A stretch of 64,000 bases of DNA. Source: Bacteroidota bacterium. GTDB lineage: Bacteria; Bacteroidota; Bacteroidia; Bacteroidales; FEN-979. Below the pieces are notes generated by a model that searched no databases, was not told where the DNA came from, and saw nothing but the letters and a program-made list of their open reading frames with translations. The stretch spans positions 108 through 64,107 of the forward strand of contig VGGL01000005.1 of NCBI GenBank assembly GCA_016868575.1. Direction: 5' to 3'. This document shows, in pieces, positions 1 to 8,515 of the stretch (its first letter is position 1; each line of letters opens with the position of its first letter). Made by a program: the position numbers and the translations under genes.

Positions 1-252
1 CTGCAGTCCACCTCGGCTTACGGCAACAACCTGTGTCATGTAGATCCCAGCGTGTATGCCATCTTCTGCGGGGATGCCAACAAGGACGGGGTTGTCGACA
101 GTATGGATATGGGAGATATTGACAACGCCTCCGGCGCTTTCATGATGGGATATCTGATAACCGACATCAACGGCGATGGCGTCATCGATTCCAATGATTT
201 GGCTCCGACCGAGAACAATGCGAGCAATTTTATTATTGTCATAACTCCTTAA
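1..252 (+). CDS. 3' end of a secreted repeat protein (5' end cut by the window edge) terminating in a dockerin-like module with two Ca-binding loops
   Basis: Frame 1 is open from nt 1 (LQSTSAYGNNLCHVDPSVYAIFCGDANKDGVVDSMDMGDIDN...). It aligns position by position with the last ~80 aa of the 293..5470 product (AYGNNLIFVSSNVFAIYCGDENQDGAVDSGDMGDIDN...). Confidence 0.8.
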   Translation: MQSTSAYGNNLCHVDPSVYAIFCGDANKDGVVDSMDMGDIDNASGAFMMGYLITDINGDGVIDSNDLAPTENNASNFIIVITP

Positions 253-292
253 AGTATTAACACATTCAACAAAACGCAACAATCCTAACAAC

Positions 293-3200
293 ATGAAAAA
301 AAGTATCTTATTCGTAGTCATTATGGCCTTCATCCTGGTCATGGGCGCTCAGGCACAACAAGCAACTGTCAAATCGTCCAAACAACCTGTTAATGAGCAG
401 GTTGATACCCGTGTGGACAATATGCGGTACTGGATGAAAAAAGCTGCAGAAGGATTGACGCCCTACAATCCGCAGGTTCCTATCGAGCCTGCCATTTACA
501 GGGGAACCAAGATCACGGTCAATGGTGTGAAAACAACGAACTCACCCGATATTCCTGTCACCAATCTTACCAATGTCACGGAGAGTGAGAATTCGGTTTT
601 TGTCGATCCCAATAATGCGCAGTATCTTTTAAATTCCAATAACTCCACTTCCTGGAGCGGAGGATCAGTTGGAGATCTTTACGGAGCCAACTTTTTTCAA
701 TCTGCGAATGGCGGAACAACCTGGGGAGGATCGCCATTAGGAGCAGGTGGGGCCAATTCCGGAGATCCCACAACAGCTATCAGTCTTTCCGGTCGTCAAT
801 ATGTTAATTATATCAGTGATCCGGGCGGACAGGGAGTGTCTTACTCAGATAATGGCGTTAACTGGACAGCGGCGACCATTGCACCCAATCCAGGATCATT
901 GGCTGACAAGAACCACATGTGGATCGACAATAAGTCCACCAGTCCCAATGAAGGGAATCTTTACTGTGCCTGGACTGACTTTGGGGGAACTGACGACACG
1001 GAAATAAAAATTTCGCGATCGACCAATGATGGCGTTACATGGAGTTCACCATTGAACATCAGTGCTGCAATCAATGCAGGGAGCCACAACCAGGGCGTTA
1101 ACGTCCAGACAGGTCCCAATGGAGAAGTTTATGTTGCCTGGGCTGTATACGATGGATGGCCAACGGACGAATCGGCGATAGGTTTTGCCAAATCGACCAA
1201 CGGCGGGGCTAGTTATCAGACTGCCACACGGATCATCTCAAATATCAAGGGTATCAGGACAACCGCTGTATCCAAAAACCACAGGGTTAACTCATTTCCT
1301 GTCATGGCGGTAGATATCAGCAATGGGCCAAACAGTGGTAACATCTATATTGTTTGGACCAATGTTGGGGTTCCCGGGGTGAATACCGGAACCAACAAGA
1401 GCGTCTACATGATCCGTTCAACCAATGGAGGAACTTCCTGGTCAACACCGGTCAGGGTCAATCAAGGGCCTAATACAGCCGGTAAGGAAGCGTATTTCCC
1501 CTGGATCAGCTGTGATCCGGAAACAGGGGTTCTGAGTGTGGTCTTTTATGATGACCGCAATGTTAGCAGCACTCAGTGTGAAGTGTATTCAGCCTATTCA
1601 ACGGATGCCGGCAATACATGGTCGGATTTCAAGGTGAGTGATGTTGCATTCACACCGGCAGCTATTCCTGGTCTTGCCGGAGGATATATGGGTGATTACC
1701 TGGGTATTACTTCGAAAGGCGGGAAAGTATACCCCTGTTGGACTGATAACCGGGGAGGTATTTATATGACTTATGTCTCGCCTTATGAACTCGGATTAAA
1801 CGCCAGTTTTTCAGCCAATGTTACCACGGTTTGTTCTGGAGGAGGGGTCATTTTCACGAACAGTTCAACGGGTAATCCGATATCCTGGAACTGGAGCTTT
1901 CCGGGAGGCACACCCAGCTCCTATAATGGCCAGAATCCCCCAACAATTACATACAGCACACCTGGAACCTATGATGTTTCGCTGACGGTTTCCGATGGAA
2001 CCAACAATGATACGGAAACCAAAACCGGGTACATTACCGTTAAGAATGTCATCGCCGATTTTACAGGGACTCCAACTACCCTGGTTGTCGGAAATTCAGT
2101 GACTTTCACAGACAATTCATCCTGTAATCCAACAACCTGGACGTGGTCTTTCCCGGGAGGTACCCCCTCCTCCTATGTTGGTCAGACACCGCCTGCCATC
2201 ACTTATAATACTGTCGGAACTTATGATGTAACCCTTACCGTTACGAAGCCGGGATCAACTGATACCAGAACCAGGACAGGTTACATCACCGTGTCGCCAC
2301 CGGAATTCAATATGACCAATGGAAATGTTACCACCTGCACCGGCAATTTCTATGATTCAGGCGGTCCGACCGGCAGTTACCAGAACGGTGAGAACTTCAC
2401 CATGACATTCAATCCTTCCACCCCCGGGAGCATGGTACGTTTCAATTTCACCTCATTCAGCACAGAATCTGGATATGATTATCTCCGGATATATAATGGG
2501 ACAAGTACTGCGGCTCCTCTTATCGGAACATATCATGGGACCACCGGACCAGGCATTGTTACGGCATCCAATACCTCCGGAGCCCTCACCTTCAACTTTA
2601 CTTCCGATGTCAGCGTTATCTCAACCGGATGGGTGGCAAGCATCGATTGCTATTCCTCGACCAATCCTCCCGTAGCCGATTTCTCTGCTTCCAATCTTAC
2701 CCCTGGAGTTGGCATAACCGTGACCTTCACCGATCTTTCTACCAATGTGCCTACCTCCTGGAATTGGGTCTTTACCCCCAACACAGTGACCTATGTAAAC
2801 GGGACCAATGCCAATTCCCAGAACCCACAGGTGCAATTCAATGCTATCGGACTTTATACCGTTTCCCTTACTGCCACCAATGCATATGGTTCAGATAATG
2901 AAACAAAGACAAACTACATCTCTGCCGGTGCCCCGGAATATATCATCTCCAATGGAACCGTGACTACCTGTACCGGAAACTTCTATGATTCAGGCGGATC
3001 ATCAGGAAACTACCTGAACAATGAGAGTTACACCGAAACTTTTTATCCGGCCACGTCTGGTAACTCCATCCGGTTTACTTTCAATACTTTCAACACCGAG
3101 TCAGGGTATGATTTCCTGAGAATATACAATGGCATCAACACCTCGGCTCCGTTGATCGGAAGTTACTCCGGCACAACCAGTCCGGGTGTTGTAACAGCTT

Positions 3201-5470
3201 CGAATGGATCAGGTGCATTGACCTTCTATTGGACATCGGATGGAAGTGTTGTTTCCTCCGGTTGGTCTGCCAGCATCGCCTGTATCGCACCTTCCTTGCC
3301 TCCCGTTGCTGATTTCTCAGCTTCTTCGGTCTCACCAGGTATCGGACAAAGCGTTATCCTCACTGACCTCTCTACCAACACACCCACTTCCTGGAGTTGG
3401 ACCATCACCCCAAATACCTACACCTTTGTGAACGGAACCAACGCCAATTCACAAAATCCAGAAGTTCAATTTTCAGCGTTGGGAAGCTACACGGTATCCC
3501 TCACTGCGACAAATGCATTTGGTTCAGATACTGAAACCAAGACCAACTATATTACCGTGGGCAATCCGGAATACATCATTGCAAATGGGACGGTAACTAC
3601 CTGTAGTGGGAATTTTTATGACACCGGAGGATCAAGTGGAAGCTATCAGAATAATGAAACCATTACGGAAACTTTTTATCCCTCCACCTCAGGAAACATG
3701 ATCCGGTTTACATTCAATTCATTCTCTACGGAGTCCGGGTATGATTATTTACGTATCTATAATGGAACCAGTACTTCCGCACCTTTGATCGGTTCCTATT
3801 CGGGTACAACAAGCCCAGGGGTTGTAACCGCATCAAATACTTCGGGCGCGTTGACCTTTTATTGGACCTCTGATTATAGTGTTACCTATACTGGATGGTC
3901 GGCTGCCATTTCCTGTTATAACCCTTCAATACCTCCTGTAGCTGACTTTTCGGCGAGCAATGTGAACCCTGGCATCAATACAGACGTTACCTTCACTGAT
4001 CTGACAACCGGTGGACCTACAAGCTGGACCTGGGGTTTCACGCCAAATACTGTTGTTTATACGAATGGAACAAATGCCAATTCACAGAATCCGGTGGTTC
4101 AGTTTACTGGAACAGGGCTTTATACCGTTTCATTGACGGCAACAAATGCTTTCGGAACAGATACAGAGACAAAAACAGATTACATCGATGCCGAGCTTTG
4201 CTCCTATTGTAGCTCAACATCCAATAATGCTACCGAAGAGTGGATCGGCAACGTGACATTCAATACGATCAACAATACAACGACAGGCACAGCAGGATAT
4301 GAGAATTTCACCACCATTTCCACGGATGTCAGTCAAGGAGTGCTTTATAACCTTTCTGTAACCTGTGATCAGACCGCTACCTTCACAGAAAATTGCTGGG
4401 CTTTCATCGACTGGAACCAGGATTGCGATTTCACGGATGCCAATGAATCGTTTGATCTGGGTCAGGTAATTGGACCTGGAACCATGTCCTTGGATATTAC
4501 CATTCCGACCGAGGCACTCACAGGTACAACACGGATGAGGATATCCCTGAAATATTACTCAGATCCGACCCCATGCGAAACATTCGCCTATGGACAGGTA
4601 GAAGATTATTCGCTGAATATCCAGGTTGGAAATTATCTTACTGTTTTGCCGGCCGTCCGCTATGTTGGAGAAGTTGCCGGAAATACAACTTTTGATGTTA
4701 CCTCGAACACCAACTGGACTGCTTCGAGTAACCAGACCTGGTGTACCGTAACTCCGGGCGGTTCAGGAAACGCAACAATTACGGCTGACTACCTGGCAAA
4801 TAATCAGGTTGCCCAAAGGGATGCTGAAATCACAGTATCTGCATCAGGTGTTTCACCGGTTGTCGTCTCTGTTGTGCAGGATGGCATTGCCCTCATCACA
4901 CTCAACCTGAAGATCTACCTCGAAGGTTTATATATCGGCGAAGGACTCATGCACAAGGCACAGAATGAATCTGGAGATCAGTTCCCAGGAAGTACTGCCG
5001 ATCAGATTTCGGTTGCACTTCATGATGCCACTGCCCCATATGGGATCATTGGATCACCTTACACCGGAAACCTCGATGTGAACGGAACCTGCCAGATCAC
5101 CATTCCTTCTATTCACAGCGGGAATTACTTCATTGTGATCAAGCACCGGAACAGCATTGAAACATGGACTGCCGGTCCCGTCAATCTGATCTCAACGCCT
5201 ATCCTGTATGATATGTCAACTTCGGCGGCTTCAGCCTATGGAAATAACCTGATATTCGTTTCATCAAACGTTTTTGCAATCTATTGTGGCGACGAAAACC
5301 AGGACGGAGCTGTTGATTCAGGCGACATGGGAGATATTGACAATGATGCCGGCTCCTTTATGATGGGCTACCTTGTAACCGATATCAATGGGGATGGGTC
5401 CATTGATTCCAATGACCTTGGGCTTACGGATAATAATAGTTCAAACTTCGTAGGGACTATTCAACCCTGA
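293..5470 (+). CDS. 1725-aa secreted mosaic surface protein: signal peptide, six-Asp-box BNR/sialidase-like propeller, 2 PKD, 3 x (CUB-like + PKD), GEVED, BACON-like, beta-sandwich and dockerin-like C-terminus
   Basis: Signal peptide MKKSILFVVIMAFILVMGAQAQ. Asp-boxes: SANGGTTW, SDNGVNW, STNDGVTW, STNGGASY, STNGGTSW, STDAGNTW. PKD signatures (WxFPGGTPSS..TYxxxGTYDVxLTV). CUB-like CTGNFYDSGG...GYDYLRIYNG...SD. GEVED motif YGQVEDYSLNI. BACON-like NTNWTASSNQTWCTVTP. Dockerin-like GDENQDGAVDSGD...TDINGDGSIDSND. Confidence 0.85.
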   Translation: MKKSILFVVIMAFILVMGAQAQQATVKSSKQPVNEQVDTRVDNMRYWMKKAAEGLTPYNPQVPIEPAIYRGTKITVNGVKTTNSPDIPVTNLTNVTESENSVFVDPNNAQYLLNSNNSTSWSGGSVGDLYGANFFQSANGGTTWGGSPLGAGGANSGDPTTAISLSGRQYVNYISDPGGQGVSYSDNGVNWTAATIAPNPGSLADKNHMWIDNKSTSPNEGNLYCAWTDFGGTDDTEIKISRSTNDGVTWSSPLNISAAINAGSHNQGVNVQTGPNGEVYVAWAVYDGWPTDESAIGFAKSTNGGASYQTATRIISNIKGIRTTAVSKNHRVNSFPVMAVDISNGPNSGNIYIVWTNVGVPGVNTGTNKSVYMIRSTNGGTSWSTPVRVNQGPNTAGKEAYFPWISCDPETGVLSVVFYDDRNVSSTQCEVYSAYSTDAGNTWSDFKVSDVAFTPAAIPGLAGGYMGDYLGITSKGGKVYPCWTDNRGGIYMTYVSPYELGLNASFSANVTTVCSGGGVIFTNSSTGNPISWNWSFPGGTPSSYNGQNPPTITYSTPGTYDVSLTVSDGTNNDTETKTGYITVKNVIADFTGTPTTLVVGNSVTFTDNSSCNPTTWTWSFPGGTPSSYVGQTPPAITYNTVGTYDVTLTVTKPGSTDTRTRTGYITVSPPEFNMTNGNVTTCTGNFYDSGGPTGSYQNGENFTMTFNPSTPGSMVRFNFTSFSTESGYDYLRIYNGTSTAAPLIGTYHGTTGPGIVTASNTSGALTFNFTSDVSVISTGWVASIDCYSSTNPPVADFSASNLTPGVGITVTFTDLSTNVPTSWNWVFTPNTVTYVNGTNANSQNPQVQFNAIGLYTVSLTATNAYGSDNETKTNYISAGAPEYIISNGTVTTCTGNFYDSGGSSGNYLNNESYTETFYPATSGNSIRFTFNTFNTESGYDFLRIYNGINTSAPLIGSYSGTTSPGVVTASNGSGALTFYWTSDGSVVSSGWSASIACIAPSLPPVADFSASSVSPGIGQSVILTDLSTNTPTSWSWTITPNTYTFVNGTNANSQNPEVQFSALGSYTVSLTATNAFGSDTETKTNYITVGNPEYIIANGTVTTCSGNFYDTGGSSGSYQNNETITETFYPSTSGNMIRFTFNSFSTESGYDYLRIYNGTSTSAPLIGSYSGTTSPGVVTASNTSGALTFYWTSDYSVTYTGWSAAISCYNPSIPPVADFSASNVNPGINTDVTFTDLTTGGPTSWTWGFTPNTVVYTNGTNANSQNPVVQFTGTGLYTVSLTATNAFGTDTETKTDYIDAELCSYCSSTSNNATEEWIGNVTFNTINNTTTGTAGYENFTTISTDVSQGVLYNLSVTCDQTATFTENCWAFIDWNQDCDFTDANESFDLGQVIGPGTMSLDITIPTEALTGTTRMRISLKYYSDPTPCETFAYGQVEDYSLNIQVGNYLTVLPAVRYVGEVAGNTTFDVTSNTNWTASSNQTWCTVTPGGSGNATITADYLANNQVAQRDAEITVSASGVSPVVVSVVQDGIALITLNLKIYLEGLYIGEGLMHKAQNESGDQFPGSTADQISVALHDATAPYGIIGSPYTGNLDVNGTCQITIPSIHSGNYFIVIKHRNSIETWTAGPVNLISTPILYDMSTSAASAYGNNLIFVSSNVFAIYCGDENQDGAVDSGDMGDIDNDAGSFMMGYLVTDINGDGSIDSNDLGLTDNNSSNFVGTIQP
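1796..2296 (+). repeat. Two tandem PKD-domain coding units (~85 aa / 255 nt period)
   Basis: The pattern NxSTGNPxxWxWSFPGGTPSSYxGQxPPxITYxTxGTYDVxLTV occurs twice in succession. Confidence 0.7.
2297..4195 (+). repeat. Three tandem 633-nt (211-aa) CUB-like + PKD coding units
   Basis: The P-E codons of PEFNMTNGNVTTCTGNFYDSGG, PEYIISNGTVTTCTGNFYDSGG and PEYIIANGTVTTCSGNFYDTGG lie at 2300, 2933 and 3566, spaced exactly 633 nt. Units 2 and 3 are visibly the most similar. Confidence 0.85.
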
Positions 5471-5541
5471 TGATGTAGCCTTTCAGGGACAACTAACGGC
5501 AATCCCTGTCATTCCCTGAGAGGCAGGCCAATTTTCCCGTT

Positions 5542-5590
5542 AAACGCTGTGAAATACATTATATAATGATTTCACAGCGTTTTTATTTAT
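5542..5590 (+). terminator. Rho-independent terminator after the 1725-aa gene
   Basis: Perfect 14-bp stem: aaacgctgtgaaat (5542-5555) pairs with atttcacagcgttt (5569-5582). The loop is 13 nt and is followed by ttttatttatt. Confidence 0.8.
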
Positions 5591-5611
5591 TGCGTATTTT
5601 TACATAAAAAT

Positions 5612-6421
5612 ATGATCCCTATGAAAGCAAAGCATTTCCTGTTCATTGGATTGATCCTGTCGATGGTCTTTTCCGGTTGCTCGAAAGATGATTCCAGCAT
5701 CAACATTTTTTCTGTGAATGATGATATCGCCCTTGGGAACCAGGTTGATCAGGAGATCCTGTCGGATCCCCAGCAATTTCCGGTTCTTGATTCGGTGCAA
5801 TACGCCACCGCATACCAGCATCTTTACCGGATACGAAACACGATCCTTGCTTCCGGACAACTGACCTACGGCAGCCGGTTTCAATGGAAGTGCAGGATTA
5901 TCCGGAACGATACGACCATCAATGCGTTTTGCCTTCCGGGAGGAAATATGTATTTCTACTCGGGTATCATCAAGCTGTTGAACAATGAGGCAGAATTTGC
6001 CGGTGTGATGGCCCACGAGATGGCCCATGCCGATCGAAGGCATTCGACCGACCAACTCACCCTGGTTTATGGGATTGACATTCTGCTGGGCATCGTGCTG
6101 GGGCAGAATCCATCACAGATCGCTGAAATTGCCGCCGGTCTTGCCTCGGGGTTGTCCACCCTCGCCTTCTCCCGAGGCAATGAATACGAAGCTGACAAGT
6201 ATGCTGTCAGGTATATGTATGCTACCGAATATGATGCTGCCAGTCTGGGAGACTTCTTCGAGATCATGGGTAACCAACCGCATCCGCCAACTTTCCTGAG
6301 TACGCATCCATCACCGGAAGACCGGTTAGCGAAGATCAACGAGGAGTTTATGGCTCAGGGTGGCGTTCACGGACAAGTATTCGAAACACGCTACGGAGAG
6401 TTCAAATCATCCCTGCCCTGA
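5612..6421 (+). CDS. M48-family Zn metallopeptidase, lipoprotein (BepA/LoiP-like)
   Basis: HExxH motif in VMAHEMAHADRRH. Lipobox-like LSMVFSGCSKDD. An alternative start at 5621 (MKAKHF) is possible. Confidence 0.8.
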   Translation: MIPMKAKHFLFIGLILSMVFSGCSKDDSSINIFSVNDDIALGNQVDQEILSDPQQFPVLDSVQYATAYQHLYRIRNTILASGQLTYGSRFQWKCRIIRNDTTINAFCLPGGNMYFYSGIIKLLNNEAEFAGVMAHEMAHADRRHSTDQLTLVYGIDILLGIVLGQNPSQIAEIAAGLASGLSTLAFSRGNEYEADKYAVRYMYATEYDAASLGDFFEIMGNQPHPPTFLSTHPSPEDRLAKINEEFMAQGGVHGQVFETRYGEFKSSLP

Positions 6422-6530
6422 GTAAGGGAATCGACTGCTTTAAGCCAGGGAGCAAAGGAGTATCCTGGTTCAGATATTTTCCCTATTGAAATTTCTATTA
6501 CTTTTGTGTATGATTTTATTCATATTTGCG

Positions 6531-6538
6531 TAATTTTG
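6531..6538 (+). promoter_or_regulatory. Bacteroidota -7 box (TAnnTTTG) upstream of the ATPase gene
   Basis: TAATTTTG lies 20 nt upstream of the ATG at 6558. A second match, TACTTTTG, is at 6499-6506. Confidence 0.45.
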
Positions 6539-6557
6539 TAAATATTTTTAAACAAAA

Positions 6558-7739
6558 ATGAAATATCGGAAATTATATGCAGATATCCAGCCATACTTCC
6601 ATCATAAGAATGCGATCGTTGTGACTGGGATGCGTCAGGTTGGGAAAACAACATTATTGCGACAGATATTTGACTCCCTGGAGACGGATAGTAAACTTTG
6701 GTTTGATCTGGATAATCCACTTGATCAATTGATTTTCGAGCATACTGATTTCCGTTCAATCCATGCGAACCTGAAAAGGTTAACCAAAGGAGACCGGCTC
6801 TATGTATTCATTGATGAAATTCAGAACTATCCGAAGATTACAAGTGTCATCAAGTATTTGATTGATCATTTTGGCGTCAAGTTCTTTCTGACCGGTTCTT
6901 CATCATTTTATCTGAGAAATCTCTTCCCAGAATCGTTAAGCGGCCGAAAGTTCCTATTCCAATTATCGACTTTGAGTTTTAGTGAGTTATTGTATTTTCA
7001 TGACAGGATTACTTATGATGAATTGATCCATCATCCGCCATTACTATCTCTTTCTACAGCAGATCTTCATGCCTATCACTCGCTTGACAATGAATTTCGG
7101 GAGTTTCTTGAATATGGTGGATTTCCGGAAGTAGTCACAACCGAAAGTCCTGAAACAAAGAAGCTGATCCTTAAGAATATTTTTACCTCCTTTTTTGAAA
7201 AAGATATTCGAATACTGTCGGACTACAAGGATATGCGTGAATTGCGTGATTTGATTTTACTGCTTGTTCCCAAGGTCGGATCCCTGCTCGATATCACCCG
7301 GATCTCTTCGGAACTCGGTGTTCAACGAGGGAAGCTATATCATTATCTTGAGTTGTTACAAGGACTATTTCTGCTCCATTTGCTACCCAGATATTCAAAG
7401 GGAATTGATCGCTCTGTTGCCGGTGGGAAAAAAGTATATTTTACAGATCAGGGACTGTTAAACTATATCGGTAAGGTCAATGAATCCCAATTGCTTGAGA
7501 ATACGGTGATTAACCAATTAAAAGAATACGGCCGGGTCTCCTTTTTCAATTACAGGAATACAGCTGAAATAGATGCCATACTTGATGGAAAAATGGCTTT
7601 TGAGGTTAAGATGACAGGGACCGAATCAGACTTGACCAGGCTTGAAAAGGTCGCCAGGAAACTGGGCCTTACAGAACAATTTGTAATAAGTTTGAACTAC
7701 CGTAAAAATGAGTGGTTTCTCTTCCCACATTTTATCTGA
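6558..7739 (+). CDS. AAA+ ATPase with a C-terminal DUF4143 / PD-(D/E)xK-like domain
   Basis: Walker A VVTGMRQVGKTTLL and Walker B-like LYVFIDEIQ. The C-terminus carries AEIDAIL...AFEVKM (D...ExK). Confidence 0.75.
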   Translation: MKYRKLYADIQPYFHHKNAIVVTGMRQVGKTTLLRQIFDSLETDSKLWFDLDNPLDQLIFEHTDFRSIHANLKRLTKGDRLYVFIDEIQNYPKITSVIKYLIDHFGVKFFLTGSSSFYLRNLFPESLSGRKFLFQLSTLSFSELLYFHDRITYDELIHHPPLLSLSTADLHAYHSLDNEFREFLEYGGFPEVVTTESPETKKLILKNIFTSFFEKDIRILSDYKDMRELRDLILLLVPKVGSLLDITRISSELGVQRGKLYHYLELLQGLFLLHLLPRYSKGIDRSVAGGKKVYFTDQGLLNYIGKVNESQLLENTVINQLKEYGRVSFFNYRNTAEIDAILDGKMAFEVKMTGTESDLTRLEKVARKLGLTEQFVISLNYRKNEWFLFPHFI

Positions 7740-7804
7740 CGATGCCGTTAACCTTCCTGTTTTCATTGTCTTTTTTTCTACTTTTACGCCACTATTGAAG
7801 ATGT

Positions 7805-8515
7805 ATGGGTAAGCTATATGACCGGCTTGCGGAAGATGTTCGTTTTCAGGAGGGGTTGAAATCATGCATCAATTGTGGAACATGCACAGCGATCTGTCCT
7901 GCGGCGGAGTTTTATAACTATCAGCCCCGGAATATCGCTGTTATCCTTCAAAGCCGTGATGATGAACAGATAGAAACTTTGCTAAAAAGCGAATCCATCT
8001 GGTATTGTGGAGAATGCATGTCGTGCAAGACCCGGTGCCCGCGGGGAAATGCTCCGGGATTACTGATCACGGTGCTTCGATCGGTATCACAGGATCTCGG
8101 TTATTTCACAGAATCAGAAAAAGGAAGGCAGCAACTGGCCATCAAAAGAACGATAGGTGATTGGATCCTTAAACATGGTTACTGCCTGTATCCGTCTGGC
8201 ATTCTTCCGGATGCACATCCGGAACAAGGTCCCATCTGGGAATGGGAGTTCAGTCATATTGATGATGTGATGGACCGGCTTGGAGCGAACCTGAACAGAC
8301 CAGGTACAGGTGTTCTAAGAAGGATCCCGCAGGAATCGATTGATGAGATCAAAAAGATATTTGATGTGACGGGGGGTACAAAACGGTTTGAACTTATCGA
8401 GCAATTCTCAAGGGAAAAAGCTGAAGAGATGGGTATGGAACTCGATGAAACCAATGAGAACGAATACTTTAACTATATCTATACAACAGATAACGGTCAA
8501 CACCTGGCTCCATGA
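7805..8515 (+). CDS. HdrC-like 2x[4Fe-4S] ferredoxin-domain protein with a ~130-aa C-terminal extension
   Basis: CINCGTCTAICP and CGECMSCKTRCPRG (two CX2CX2CX3CP motifs). Its end overlaps the next gene by ATGA. Confidence 0.7.
   Translation: MGKLYDRLAEDVRFQEGLKSCINCGTCTAICPAAEFYNYQPRNIAVILQSRDDEQIETLLKSESIWYCGECMSCKTRCPRGNAPGLLITVLRSVSQDLGYFTESEKGRQQLAIKRTIGDWILKHGYCLYPSGILPDAHPEQGPIWEWEFSHIDDVMDRLGANLNRPGTGVLRRIPQESIDEIKKIFDVTGGTKRFELIEQFSREKAEEMGMELDETNENEYFNYIYTTDNGQHLAP

Noticed and set aside
52-252. The Met-initiated 66-aa ORF as a complete small gene.
   Set aside because: The frame is open back to nt 1, and the upstream residues also align with the paralog's C-terminal region. It is the tail of a larger gene cut by the window edge.
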